NCBI GenBank assembly: GCA_029855935.1
Contig: JAGSHN010000012.1
Coordinates: forward strand, 96,001 to 160,000
From: Candidatus Thorarchaeota archaeon
GTDB taxonomy: Archaea; Asgardarchaeota; Thorarchaeia; Thorarchaeales; Thorarchaeaceae
Length of the DNA: 64,000 bases
Reading direction: 5' to 3'
Made by a program: the position numbers and the translations under genes. The notes under the pieces were generated by a model. That model had not been told where the DNA came from, ran no database searches, and was given only the letters and a program-made list of their open reading frames with translations. How positions within the stretch are numbered: position 1 is the first letter of the stretch; each line of letters begins with the position of its first letter. Positions 48,146 to 58,291 of the stretch are shown here, in pieces.

Positions 48146-49948
48146 ATGAATGCGGAGACTGAGAAAAATCAGGAGATAGATCTTGACAAACAGGCCGAGC
48201 TGTTCGGCCGAGTGTCCTCCGGTGACCAGACCTCTCTGGTGCTAATCTGCAACGATGACGACCTGGCCACTGGCCGCTTGCTTCTGATTCGTTCAACGCG
48301 TGGAGGAGAGGAGCGCATATTCTTCTTCCTCGTACTGCGTGTGAGCAACTACCTGAAGTATGTTGACAAGGCAGAGGATGTCGCAAGCACACTTGTGGCA
48401 TTTGAGGACGCATATCTCATAGACGGCAGTCTGAGATTCTTTCTTGAGGTGGAGGGTCATCTCCTTGGGTATGCTCAGAAGAACAAGCAGAAGGGGGTCT
48501 GGGAGTTCCGTCCATCAAAGCGCACACCCGAGCACTTTGCGCATGTATACATCCCCCAGAAGAAGACAGCCGAGAAGTTGATTGGGACTCTCTTCGGACC
48601 ACAGCTCGACGGTGAGATATACGTAGGCGATCTTGAGGACGGGGACACAGCTCTTCCAGTGCGAGTGAACCTGCCAGTCAAGTTCCTCCCGATGCATCTC
48701 GGCATCTTCGGGTCCACTGGTGCGGGAAAGAGCAACCTGATGATGGTCCTCATCAAGTCGTTCATTGACCACAACCTTGAGGTCCGGCGTGGAGCGGCTC
48801 GGTCGAGACAGCCACTTGTCTCCGCATTCTGCATAGACCCTCACGACGAGTTTGCAACTGGCACGGACACATACGGCATTCACGACATCGTCGAGGCTAT
48901 GGATGACAGTCGCAGGAACGAGGTCATGGGCGACTTCTACTACCTGACATCGACGATCAGAGCAGTCCCAAGGGAGATAAAGAGGTACGCACGTGAGCTG
49001 AGAATCCTCTGGGACGAGATACAGCCAGAGGACCTGTACTCAATCATGGACTTCAGCCCGCAGATGTCGTGGTTCATAGATGATGTATACGCCCGCGTGG
49101 GCGATCGCTGGGTCTCCGAGATTCTCAACATGATTGAAACTCCTCAGGGTGTCACTCCAGGGACGTTCAGAGCCGTTCAGCGCCGGTTGGCCTTTCTCAA
49201 GAACTCTGACTTGTTTGTGGACTCGGGGGCGTCGACACTGGACGACATCATCTACGCACTTGAGAACGGGCGAGTTCTCATTGTCAATACGTCTCTGATG
49301 AGCAGCACCGAGCAGTTCTTGGTGACGACAATCGTGACGAGGACGATCTCCGACCTCCGCAGAGCTCTGAAGAGCAGCATGACGCTTGGTGACTTCAAGA
49401 AACAGGCACAGGAGAGGCTTCCTCACGGTCTGTACCAACGGATACACGAGCGGATGATAGCTCTGTATGCGAGAGGGCGAACAGCTAATGACGACTCACC
49501 AGTAGCGAGTCCCACCGAACTTCCCGCTGTGATGATCACTGTGGAGGAGGCCCCCTCCATTCTCAACCCCGAGCTGATGAAGGGGCGGTCGGTCTTCAAG
49601 GATGTTTCGCGCCAGGGGCGCAAGTTCAACATCGGCCTGATAGTCATCAGTCAGCAGGTGAGCGTGCTCGACAGGGTCATTCTCAGCCAGATGAACACGC
49701 AGATCAGTCTGCGGCTCAACAACAAGACCGAGATCAAGAGCTGTATTGACAACGCAAGTATTAACATATCTGGATACGAGGACAAGTTCCGTACGATGGC
49801 ACGTGGTGAGGCCCTACTCACGGCCTCTTATCGTGATGTACCACTTCCCGTGAAGATACCAAAGTTCGATGATCTGTTCGAACATGATAAGAGGCGGTAC
49901 AAGGGCGGCACATCCAAGAGGCGTACAACCAGACATGCCCTCCCGTAG
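48146..49948 (+). CDS. herA: HerA ATPase/helicase
   Basis: HLGIFGSTGAGKSN, IDPHDEF, EEA, RQGRKF..GL..ISQ, SQMNT. Confidence 0.93.
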   Translation: MNAETEKNQEIDLDKQAELFGRVSSGDQTSLVLICNDDDLATGRLLLIRSTRGGEERIFFFLVLRVSNYLKYVDKAEDVASTLVAFEDAYLIDGSLRFFLEVEGHLLGYAQKNKQKGVWEFRPSKRTPEHFAHVYIPQKKTAEKLIGTLFGPQLDGEIYVGDLEDGDTALPVRVNLPVKFLPMHLGIFGSTGAGKSNLMMVLIKSFIDHNLEVRRGAARSRQPLVSAFCIDPHDEFATGTDTYGIHDIVEAMDDSRRNEVMGDFYYLTSTIRAVPREIKRYARELRILWDEIQPEDLYSIMDFSPQMSWFIDDVYARVGDRWVSEILNMIETPQGVTPGTFRAVQRRLAFLKNSDLFVDSGASTLDDIIYALENGRVLIVNTSLMSSTEQFLVTTIVTRTISDLRRALKSSMTLGDFKKQAQERLPHGLYQRIHERMIALYARGRTANDDSPVASPTELPAVMITVEEAPSILNPELMKGRSVFKDVSRQGRKFNIGLIVISQQVSVLDRVILSQMNTQISLRLNNKTEIKSCIDNASINISGYEDKFRTMARGEALLTASYRDVPLPVKIPKFDDLFEHDKRRYKGGTSKRRTTRHALP

Positions 49949-49962
49949 GAGAAGATGAAGTC

Positions 49963-51273
49963 GTGACCATTCGCATCGCCCATCTCTCGGACACCCATCT
50001 TGGCTACTCGCCACGAACTGGTGTCAAGCAGAATGTGTGGGGAGTTGAGATGCGGTCACGGCTCATCGAGAACGACTTCTATGAGCGCTTTGTCGAGGTC
50101 TTTCACAGGATTGCAGCACTGGACCCGCCAGTCGACCTAGTGATTCACTCGGGCGATCTCTATGACTCGCCTTGGGACAAGAACCCCTCGCAACCACCTG
50201 TTATGGCACAGGAGACTGTGATACGCACTCTCCGCGAGTTCATCGAGAAGACGGGCATCCCCGTCCTGATTCTCGAGGGTAACCACGGCCTCTACCGCAC
50301 ACGCCACGTGAGTCTGCTCGACATAATCCGGGTGTCAGTCCCCGGTGTCAATGTGGCCACCCGGATGGACATGAGGCGAGCGTGGGCGGGCGGAGAGCCC
50401 CTGATCTTCTCGTATGACGAGGCCGATGTCTACTGCTTCCCCTTTATCGAGCCTGCAGTCCTTGAAGCCACCGAGACCAAGCATCTGTTCTTTGACTGGA
50501 TTCTCAATCAACAGGCCCCCAAGCCCAGTCGGACATCAATCGCCGTGGCCCACGGAATGCCACTTGACGGGACACTGTACGATCAGATTCTCACGAATGA
50601 CTACGACTATGTTGCCCTTGGTCACGACCATCGGCAGGGAGAGTTCGGTCCTAAGGCGTGGTACGCGGGCAGCATTGAACGCTGGCGGTTCGATGAGGCT
50701 GGCCAGAAGAAGGGCTTTCTCGTCGTCGAGGCCTCAAACGGCGAGAGTCCTGTTGTGGATCCCCAGTACTTGGAGTTCCGTCGTCCGGTGTACAATGAGA
50801 GAGTCGATGTTGGAACGAACCCGACTCCCGAGTGGGTGGCTGAGACTCTGCTGGGCTGGCTCGATGAGCACGGGCTCCGGACTGCCTGGGACCCTGAGTC
50901 TGCCGCCCGGGTGCGGTTTGTCCTGACGGGGGAGATGCCACAGAGTCGGGTGTTGGATCTCTCTCTCAGGCTTGAGGCCCTGAGGGCGGAGGTATTGAGG
51001 GACGGTTCGGAATACAACGTGGCTCAGCTTGTGTGGCAATTTGGCTTCAAGAGGCAGGAGCAGGAGAGTCCCGCTTATCCCGAGGTGGTCTCGGAGTACC
51101 TGATAGACGATCCTGAGGAGGACTTCAAGACCTATCTCAAGGAGTTGAAGATTGATTCCCAATACGACCCGGAGATTCTGACGCGAATAGCTGTGGAGGC
51201 ACTGAGACTCGCTGTGTCGCCTAGCGATGAGCATCTCACGTGGGACACGCTGAAGAAGGATGCGGAGGAGTGA
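49963..51273 (+). CDS. mre11: Mre11 nuclease
   Basis: SDTHLG, HSGDLYD, GNH, AHG, ALGHDH, YAGS.E...F.E. Confidence 0.93.
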   Translation: MTIRIAHLSDTHLGYSPRTGVKQNVWGVEMRSRLIENDFYERFVEVFHRIAALDPPVDLVIHSGDLYDSPWDKNPSQPPVMAQETVIRTLREFIEKTGIPVLILEGNHGLYRTRHVSLLDIIRVSVPGVNVATRMDMRRAWAGGEPLIFSYDEADVYCFPFIEPAVLEATETKHLFFDWILNQQAPKPSRTSIAVAHGMPLDGTLYDQILTNDYDYVALGHDHRQGEFGPKAWYAGSIERWRFDEAGQKKGFLVVEASNGESPVVDPQYLEFRRPVYNERVDVGTNPTPEWVAETLLGWLDEHGLRTAWDPESAARVRFVLTGEMPQSRVLDLSLRLEALRAEVLRDGSEYNVAQLVWQFGFKRQEQESPAYPEVVSEYLIDDPEEDFKTYLKELKIDSQYDPEILTRIAVEALRLAVSPSDEHLTWDTLKKDAEE

Positions 51274-51276
51274 ACC

Positions 51277-53364
51277 GTGCGTCTGCTCTACATCAAGATA
51301 AAGAACTTCAAGCCCTTCAGCGAGCTCGAGGTGCCGACCGAGGGCGACCTTCCTGAGGGCCTGATTCTCGTACGCGGCAGGAACTCCACCGGAAAGTCGT
51401 CACTGTTCGAGGCGGTCCTGTGGGCCATCTGGGGTGCGAACGCGGTTGCTCTCTCGAACGAGGACCTGATTAATTCGAATCACACATTCATGCGGGTCGT
51501 ACTGGAGTTCGAGGTTGCAGGCACACGCTACAGGATTGATCGCTCCTACGACCGGGCAACGAGGACGAAGGTTGTTCTATCCAGACACGACGGCTCAAAA
51601 TGGGTGCCAATCGGTGACAGGGTTGGTACTGTAGAGCGTGCCATTCAAGACATTCTCAGACTTGACGTTGACCAGGCACTGAACACACTCCTCGTGCGTC
51701 AGGGTGAGGTCGCTAAGATTGCTCTATCTCGACCAGCCGAGCTCCGAGATCTGCTGGTCAAGGTCTACAATATCGATGTCATTCACGATATGGGTAAACA
51801 CATAGAGTATCTGGAGGACAATCTCAGGGCACGAGTAAAGGCGCTTGAGGAGGACTATGTCAAACCAGAGCGATTGGAGCAGGACCTACGCTCCCTCGAG
51901 GAAGAGGTTGCTACACTTGAGCGCGAGCTGGAGAAGAACACTGCCGAACTGGAGAGCCGTCGTCAGAGCCTGCAAGAACTGCCAGATGGGACCCTAGTAG
52001 ATCGGCTTGAGGCTCTTCAGGAGCAGATGGAGAATACAGAACGCGACATCTCAAGGACTCTAGAGGAGCGCAAGCACGCCCTCAAGCAGGCTGGTCTGCC
52101 TGTGGACTCGGAGGAGGCAGTCTCAGCGCGTCGGAAGGCCCTCGAGTCGCAGATTGAGCGAACGGAGAAAGAGATTGAGAAGCTGAGTCAGGAGTCTGCT
52201 TCTATCAACCAAGAGATTGGGGCAATCAAGGGACGCGAGGCAGACCTGAGAAAGAAGATCGAGACACTGCAGGACGCGTCTGCAGACGACAGTGGAGTGA
52301 CACGCTGTCCCACCTGTTCAAAGCCGCTCGCCCCCGACGAGCGCGATCACATTGTCAGCGAATACCGGGAGATGATAGAGGCTGGGCGGAAGCGGCTGAG
52401 CAAACTCACTCAGAGACGCAAGGAGATCGAGAATGATGTTCGCAAGCTCAGGCACAGACGGTCCAGCCTTGACCTGGCCCTACGTGCGATTGATGATGTG
52501 ATTCGACATGACGAGCGCATAAGGGTAGCACGACAGACTCTGGAGGAGCTCAGACGTCATCTGACATCGACGTTCAAGAAGGTGGGTGTTCCAGACCTTG
52601 ATGCCCTGCTCTCTCGATACGGTGTCAAGGACCTTCCCACACTGAGAAATCAAGCGCGGGTCCTGAAGACTCAGATTGAGGCGCTTGAGAGACGTTGCGA
52701 GGACCTGAGGCGCGATATCGATAGGAGAAAGGACCGGATTGAGGAGTTGCGAGTGGAAGTCGAGACGATGCGGCAGAGGGGGGCCGAGATTGAGGAGCTC
52801 AGGCGCTATGCGGAACATGCTCGATATGTCCGCCTGAACTTGGCCAAGGGCTTCGTGTCTGACTGGGTATTTCAAAAGCGTCTGATAGGGATAATAAGGA
52901 GGGTAACGGTCGACTATCTCGCCTCCTTCACAGCCCAGCAGTACACCTCCATAGATCTCGTGCCAGCGTCTACGGGGAGGACTCCCGGTCTTGTACTTGA
53001 GGTCTACGACCAGCGTGATGGGCTGCGCAAGAGAAAGGAGAAGCTCAGCTACGGCGACAGAACGGCTGTCAGTCTTGCACTACGTATGGGGATTGCTCGC
53101 ACGATGAGTGTCCTGCGGCCGCTGAGAGACAGTCCGTCCAATGCTCCACGTGTGAGATGCGTGATGCTGGACGAACCTCTCTCCGGTCTGGACGCCGAGC
53201 GTCGACAGGCGGTGGTCCTGAGTCTTGTCAACGACTCGAACTTTAGGCAGATCTTCCTCATCACTCACACCGAGGTACAGAACCTCGAGGGAGTGCCTGT
53301 CATTGAGGTGGAGAAGAGCGGGGACTATAGTACCGCCACGCTCGTCCTACCGTCCGAGATATGA
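51277..53364 (+). CDS. rad50: Rad50 SMC-like ATPase
   Basis: KNFK, GRNSTGKSS, RQGE, coiled coils, CPTC zinc hook, LDEP..GLD, ITH. Confidence 0.93.
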   Translation: MRLLYIKIKNFKPFSELEVPTEGDLPEGLILVRGRNSTGKSSLFEAVLWAIWGANAVALSNEDLINSNHTFMRVVLEFEVAGTRYRIDRSYDRATRTKVVLSRHDGSKWVPIGDRVGTVERAIQDILRLDVDQALNTLLVRQGEVAKIALSRPAELRDLLVKVYNIDVIHDMGKHIEYLEDNLRARVKALEEDYVKPERLEQDLRSLEEEVATLERELEKNTAELESRRQSLQELPDGTLVDRLEALQEQMENTERDISRTLEERKHALKQAGLPVDSEEAVSARRKALESQIERTEKEIEKLSQESASINQEIGAIKGREADLRKKIETLQDASADDSGVTRCPTCSKPLAPDERDHIVSEYREMIEAGRKRLSKLTQRRKEIENDVRKLRHRRSSLDLALRAIDDVIRHDERIRVARQTLEELRRHLTSTFKKVGVPDLDALLSRYGVKDLPTLRNQARVLKTQIEALERRCEDLRRDIDRRKDRIEELRVEVETMRQRGAEIEELRRYAEHARYVRLNLAKGFVSDWVFQKRLIGIIRRVTVDYLASFTAQQYTSIDLVPASTGRTPGLVLEVYDQRDGLRKRKEKLSYGDRTAVSLALRMGIARTMSVLRPLRDSPSNAPRVRCVMLDEPLSGLDAERRQAVVLSLVNDSNFRQIFLITHTEVQNLEGVPVIEVEKSGDYSTATLVLPSEI

Positions 53365-55076
53365 CCACACTCGACGCACACAAGACATTCTCTCCACTTA
53401 CAGCAAGTATATCTATACGTTCGAGAAGTCCCTATTCTATGGCGCGGCGGATGGTAAGGTTCCTTGTCCATCTTGTCACAGAGTACGGGATCCTTGTAGT
53501 CGTTCTTGGCTTCGGTCTGTACGTCTGGTTGGTCGTGTTCAATGCCGCACTTGTGGACTATCTTGATGCAAATCTGTGGCGATTCAGGGCTGTATGGCTG
53601 GGGAACGGAGACTTCACGGTCTTCGGCTACACGGTGTCGTATCACCTCGAGGGGTATTCTGACTACTCCTTCTTCTACGTCCACTGGGGGAACAACCTTC
53701 TCAATGGTGTGATGCCCTACTCCGACAGTTTCGGCCACATCTACTTGGACGGGTTGACCAACAACAACGGTCTATACATATTCCCTCCCCTGTACGCCTA
53801 TCTCTACGGGATTGGAATCGCCCTTGGTCTTGATGGCTACTGGGGGATTGGCGCAATTCTAGCTGCATTTGGTTATCTTACAGCTCTTCCGACCTACGGC
53901 CTCGCAAGGCACCTCTCTGGGAGTCGTCACGCCGGCGAAGCTGCTGCACTGACCTATCTCCTCAACCCGAATGTCCTCTATCATGTCGACTTTGTCTGGC
54001 TCAATACCTCCCCCTTCATATTCTTCTTCTTCCTGGGATTCTATCTGCTCGTCAGAGGTCACAGACATGCTGGTACTCTATCGATAGTGACAGCCGCGCT
54101 CTTCAAGCAGATGGCTTGGTTTCTGGGAATCCCCTTGGTGATCTACCTGCTCATCCGCCCCCGAAGATGCCCGCATGATGAGACCGACGCTGATGGGGCC
54201 GGTCCAGCTGATGACGAGGGAGCCGATGTCACCATTCCAGAGCCACAGGGTGACGGGGAAGAATCCTCACAGGAGGGGACTCTCGTCCGACTGTTCCATG
54301 TTCTCAACCGTGTCTTCGATCTCAAGGGCTTCATCACCAGTGCGCTGCTCGTTGTGGCCTATGTCATCGCAGTGATGCTACCGTTCCTTGTCATGTATCC
54401 CTCCCTGACACTACGGAACATCTCGCTGGCAGCAGGAGGATTTGCTCTTGACTCTTACACAGACCCTCCACCCTATGGTTCTCCAATGAGGCTACAGGTG
54501 CTTCCAGTCGTCGCCGGTCTCCCGGCCCTCGCCGAGTTTCTCGACGGGCTCATCTACAGCAAGTACCCGCTCATCTTCGGTGTCTGTCTATTGGCTGGTC
54601 TGATGTTGGTTCAGCGAAGAGACGAGGACCGACCAGTCTACTACGCGAGACGCCTGTTGTTCTTGGCTCTCATTCTGATGCTCTGGGTCCATCTCGCAGG
54701 GCCGAGAGGGGTCTACAAGTACTATTTCACGCTCTTCGCACCGTTCTTCTCAATCTTCTCGTCGTCCAAGATGGTGACGAGCAGAGAGGAACACGTGGGA
54801 TTCTCTCTGTCCATGGTGTGGTTGCCGTTCGCGCTATCCGCTCTCATCCTTCTCCCCCCGCGGGAGGTGTACCTTGCTGGTGTCCTCCTAATCTTCGTCG
54901 GCTATCTTGCAGCCGATACGGTGGGTAGTCTGTGGTTCATTGTGACCTCGCCTCTCCGCTGGCTATCACGACTACTCCATCCATATGCGCAACGTCTGAA
55001 GGGCGTTGTCGCGGCACGTGCTAGACGGGCGATGCTCTCACATCCGAATTCCGACACAGAGAACAGGGAGGGATGA
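53361..55076 (+). CDS. GT-C fold membrane glycosyltransferase (GT87/DUF2029/PIG-M-like); true start may be 53439
   Basis: EGYSDY loop, YIFPPL, YLLNP, ALFKQ, PRGVYKYY; multiple TMs. Confidence 0.75.
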   Translation: MTTLDAHKTFSPLTASISIRSRSPYSMARRMVRFLVHLVTEYGILVVVLGFGLYVWLVVFNAALVDYLDANLWRFRAVWLGNGDFTVFGYTVSYHLEGYSDYSFFYVHWGNNLLNGVMPYSDSFGHIYLDGLTNNNGLYIFPPLYAYLYGIGIALGLDGYWGIGAILAAFGYLTALPTYGLARHLSGSRHAGEAAALTYLLNPNVLYHVDFVWLNTSPFIFFFFLGFYLLVRGHRHAGTLSIVTAALFKQMAWFLGIPLVIYLLIRPRRCPHDETDADGAGPADDEGADVTIPEPQGDGEESSQEGTLVRLFHVLNRVFDLKGFITSALLVVAYVIAVMLPFLVMYPSLTLRNISLAAGGFALDSYTDPPPYGSPMRLQVLPVVAGLPALAEFLDGLIYSKYPLIFGVCLLAGLMLVQRRDEDRPVYYARRLLFLALILMLWVHLAGPRGVYKYYFTLFAPFFSIFSSSKMVTSREEHVGFSLSMVWLPFALSALILLPPREVYLAGVLLIFVGYLAADTVGSLWFIVTSPLRWLSRLLHPYAQRLKGVVAARARRAMLSHPNSDTENREG

Positions 55077-56542
55077 GTGCTCTGACAGACCAGCCACATC
55101 GCTCCGCGTTGAAACGGTTTCTCCGACAGCACCATGAGATCATTGTTGTCCTCGCTGTTGGGGCTGTTCTCTGGGCTGGGGTGTTTGTGGTCGCCACGCA
55201 GTCATTCGGTGGAACTCGACCTTTTCGTGCGGTGTGGAACGGGATGGGAACAGTGAACGTCTTTGGTTACCAGTTCGACTACGATTTGGAGGGCTGGTCA
55301 GACTACGACTACTACTATGTGACCTGGGGATTGGAGCTGCTTCAGGGCCGTCAGCTGTACTCGCCAGAGTTCGGTGCGATTGAGACCGAGGAGGGCACAT
55401 ACAACGCGCCGTATTTCTTCCCGCCGCTCTTTGCCTATATGTGTGCCCTCGGAGTCGCTCTTCCCATCCAGCCGTATGGTATCGGCCTGTTGATCACGCT
55501 CTGCGGATATCTCACAGCCATCCCGATCTATGGTATTGCCCATAGTCTCTCGAGGCGCGAGTCGCAGGCCCTGCTAGCCACGCTGATCTATCTGTTCAAT
55601 CCCCTGGTCCTCTACTATACTGCATTTGAATGGCTCAATTCCGCGCCGTTCACATTCTTTGGTCTGCTCGGCCTGTATCTCATGATGAGAGACCACAGAC
55701 TTGTGGGTGCCGCGACGATTGTCGTGTCAGCCCTCTTCAAGCAGACCGGCTTTTTCCTGATAGTCCCACTGTTGGCCTACGCGGCAAGACCCTCCACAGG
55801 TCTCAGAGTGTTCTCGCACGAGAAGTCCACCAAGCCCGTGATGGACTGGGTCTCTCTGAGGAATACGATGCTCGTCGTTGTGGTTGTTTCCGTGCTACTG
55901 TCACTGCCCTACATCGTGACCGACCCGGTGAACTACCTCTTCTACCTATTCGTCCGCCCCGGGACCGTCTGGATTGATGTCGAGAAGGGGCTTCCATCTC
56001 GCCAGATGCCCACCACCATTGTCTATCCCCTAATCGCAGTTGGCGCTCCTCTCCCCGTTCTGTATGCTGTCAACGTGGTCACATACTACGGCTTTGTGGC
56101 CCTGCTGGGCATTCTTGTGGTCATTATTTTCCAGCTTGTGCGTGTGACACTGGACTGGTCAGAGCCCCAATTCTCACGCAAGACATTCCTATTGCTTGTG
56201 ACCATGTACCTCTGGGTCCATCTGTGGTCTCCGCGTGGAATATACAAGTACTACTGCGTCACTCTTGTTGTTCTGCTGGCTGTGTGGAGTGCTGTGGAGT
56301 CTGCTGACTACTTGGAGCGTGGTCATGAGGTTGGGTGGGTGGTCATCCCGCTATTGGTCCTCCTCTGGTCGCTTCTCATTCTATTCACCCCTCGATGGTT
56401 CTACATTGTTCTGATTGGTCTTGCGGCCCTGGTGGTTCCCCGCAAGTATCTATTCCTGTGGTGTCGTGCGCTTGTACGGAGAATTCGGTCAATGTCGCAA
56501 TGGTCACTGCCCAGTGTAAGTGAGGCACGAGTACGGGAATAG
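55073..56542 (+). CDS. GT-C fold membrane glycosyltransferase, paralog of the upstream gene
   Basis: EGWSDY, YFFPPL, YLFNP, ALFKQ, PRGIYKYY; ATGA overlap with the upstream gene. Confidence 0.75.
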   Translation: MSALTDQPHRSALKRFLRQHHEIIVVLAVGAVLWAGVFVVATQSFGGTRPFRAVWNGMGTVNVFGYQFDYDLEGWSDYDYYYVTWGLELLQGRQLYSPEFGAIETEEGTYNAPYFFPPLFAYMCALGVALPIQPYGIGLLITLCGYLTAIPIYGIAHSLSRRESQALLATLIYLFNPLVLYYTAFEWLNSAPFTFFGLLGLYLMMRDHRLVGAATIVVSALFKQTGFFLIVPLLAYAARPSTGLRVFSHEKSTKPVMDWVSLRNTMLVVVVVSVLLSLPYIVTDPVNYLFYLFVRPGTVWIDVEKGLPSRQMPTTIVYPLIAVGAPLPVLYAVNVVTYYGFVALLGILVVIIFQLVRVTLDWSEPQFSRKTFLLLVTMYLWVHLWSPRGIYKYYCVTLVVLLAVWSAVESADYLERGHEVGWVVIPLLVLLWSLLILFTPRWFYIVLIGLAALVVPRKYLFLWCRALVRRIRSMSQWSLPSVSEARVRE

Positions 56543-56577
56543 TGGCCGCGTCCCACCACAGAGAATGGTCTGCTATA

Positions 56578-57756
56578 CTACTCCCCCTCTAGACTCTTCA
56601 AGTCCTTCTTCTTCTTCGAGATCTTCCTCTTCAGACTCTTGATACGCGCATCGAGTTTCGCAATCTGCTCCTCGTAGGTGTCCTTGCTCATTGCACCAGA
56701 GGCATGCCTCTCCTCCACGTGCTCTCGGAGCTGCTCCACAGACTGAATCTCCCGCTCTAACGCAGCGATGTCGGACTTGATGCGTTCTGCTTCAGCCTCT
56801 TTCTCAGTGCGGAACTCACCAGCGGGAATTATCATTCCCAGTTGTTCCTGTGTCTTCTGTGCAAAGGCTTGAAACTGAGATCGAAGTGACTCGATGTTGT
56901 TCTGGACGCCATCAATCTTCTCGGACAGGCGCTCCATCCCCTTGCTCAGGTCAAGGACTGTGTCGACGAGTCTCCGCAGCATTTTCTCGAAGTCCTTTGG
57001 TATCTGTACTCCTGCGGCCACGGCGACTGCCTGCGATCCTGGCGCAGCAGTCGTTGGTGCAGTCACCTCACTGGGCCGCACTAGGCTCTCAGTACCGCAT
57101 AGCCACCTGAAGGCGTTCAGTGCGAGTGTCCTATTTCCCTTATTCTTGAGGCCGCCACTTCGAAAGACTTCGTAGGTACCGATGCATATCACGCGTCCCT
57201 CGCCATACTCGGCGACAGCCAGCACCGGCTGACTGGCGGGATCGGCTACCGCTGATGTGAGCGCGAGGGCCATTGCCGGACTTGAGACTCGCAGAGTACA
57301 TGCTGCTGACATCACAATCTCGGCCACGTTCTGAGTGACAGGATGCGGGACTATGTCCCTGATGATTGGCATCGTCGGCATTCCGGCATTGTTGCGAGCA
57401 TCCTTCACGGCAGTGTTCTCGAAGACTATGCCGAACTCTTTCGAGACCATACTCATGTTATTCATCAGGCCGCGATCGCCTCCTGAGAGGGAGAGTAGCA
57501 TCAGTCCCCCGCCCTCCTTGACGAATCTCTTGAGTGTGTCAATCTCCGGGGGCCTCAGTTTGGAACTGTTGGGACAGCCGAATACGATTGCACTGGCCTC
57601 TTTCAGCTTTCGCGGCAGGATCATATACTCCGTATAGGGCTCGACATCAAAGCCGTTCTCGCGGAGCAGTTTTCCCAGCTGTGAGTAGGTGGAGTCGAGA
57701 CGGCCTCGCTCGTTCTGCGTCTGGTCAAAGAATATCATCCCTTTCCTGCCGCTCAA
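56578..57756 (-). CDS. GIFT (IFT52/GldG/DUF4350-like) domain + C-terminal coiled coil
   Basis: IFFDQ..NE...YS.L..LL, P.....EI..LK.FV..GGGL.L...GG....N......FGI.F; G.GRV..IG; heptad tail. Confidence 0.8.
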   Translation of the reverse strand: MSGRKGMIFFDQTQNERGRLDSTYSQLGKLLRENGFDVEPYTEYMILPRKLKEASAIVFGCPNSSKLRPPEIDTLKRFVKEGGGLMLLSLSGGDRGLMNNMSMVSKEFGIVFENTAVKDARNNAGMPTMPIIRDIVPHPVTQNVAEIVMSAACTLRVSSPAMALALTSAVADPASQPVLAVAEYGEGRVICIGTYEVFRSGGLKNKGNRTLALNAFRWLCGTESLVRPSEVTAPTTAAPGSQAVAVAAGVQIPKDFEKMLRRLVDTVLDLSKGMERLSEKIDGVQNNIESLRSQFQAFAQKTQEQLGMIIPAGEFRTEKEAEAERIKSDIAALEREIQSVEQLREHVEERHASGAMSKDTYEEQIAKLDARIKSLKRKISKKKKDLKSLEGE

Positions 57757-57854
57757 AGTGCATCACCTTTCTTGTGACAACTGGAGAATTCCTCTAATGA
57801 GACTTCCTACTGCATCGCGAACATTTTATCTCGCTCTCGCGTACAATCTCGGGT

Positions 57855-58283
57855 ATGAGCACTAACGAGGACTGCATATTCTGCAAGATTATCAGAGGTG
57901 AGATTCCAGCCTCCGTTGTCTTCGAGGACGATGTCTGCATAGCCTTCATGGACATCTTTCCGGTGAAGGAGGGTCACTGCCTGCTCATCCCGAAGAAGCA
58001 CTACACCAATATGTTCGATGTCGACCCTGACGTAGTTGCCCATCTCGGCAGACAGTTGGCAGAGTTGACACGAAAGGTAAACGCCGCTTTCAGACCCGAT
58101 GGCGTCCTCAACATAGTGGCAAATGGTTCCGGGGCCGGACAGGAGGTCCCACATCTGCACATTCACGTCGTGCCTAGGAACCATGACGACGAGTTCCGTT
58201 TTCAGTTCCCGAAGAACTATCGGGAGAAGATGGCAGAGCGTGAGGAGCTGGAGCGGGCTGCACGAAAGATTGCCGAGGCGTGA
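57855..58283 (+). CDS. HIT family protein
   Basis: DCIFCKI, D.FP...GH.L.IPK.H, AGQEVPHLHIHVVPR. Confidence 0.95.
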   Translation: MSTNEDCIFCKIIRGEIPASVVFEDDVCIAFMDIFPVKEGHCLLIPKKHYTNMFDVDPDVVAHLGRQLAELTRKVNAAFRPDGVLNIVANGSGAGQEVPHLHIHVVPRNHDDEFRFQFPKNYREKMAEREELERAARKIAEA

Positions 58284-58291
58284 GACGGCTG

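Noticed and set aside
46849-53364. NurA-HerA cluster as an anti-phage defence island
   Set aside because: The gene set is the standard archaeal double-strand-break resection operon, with no defence or mobile neighbours.
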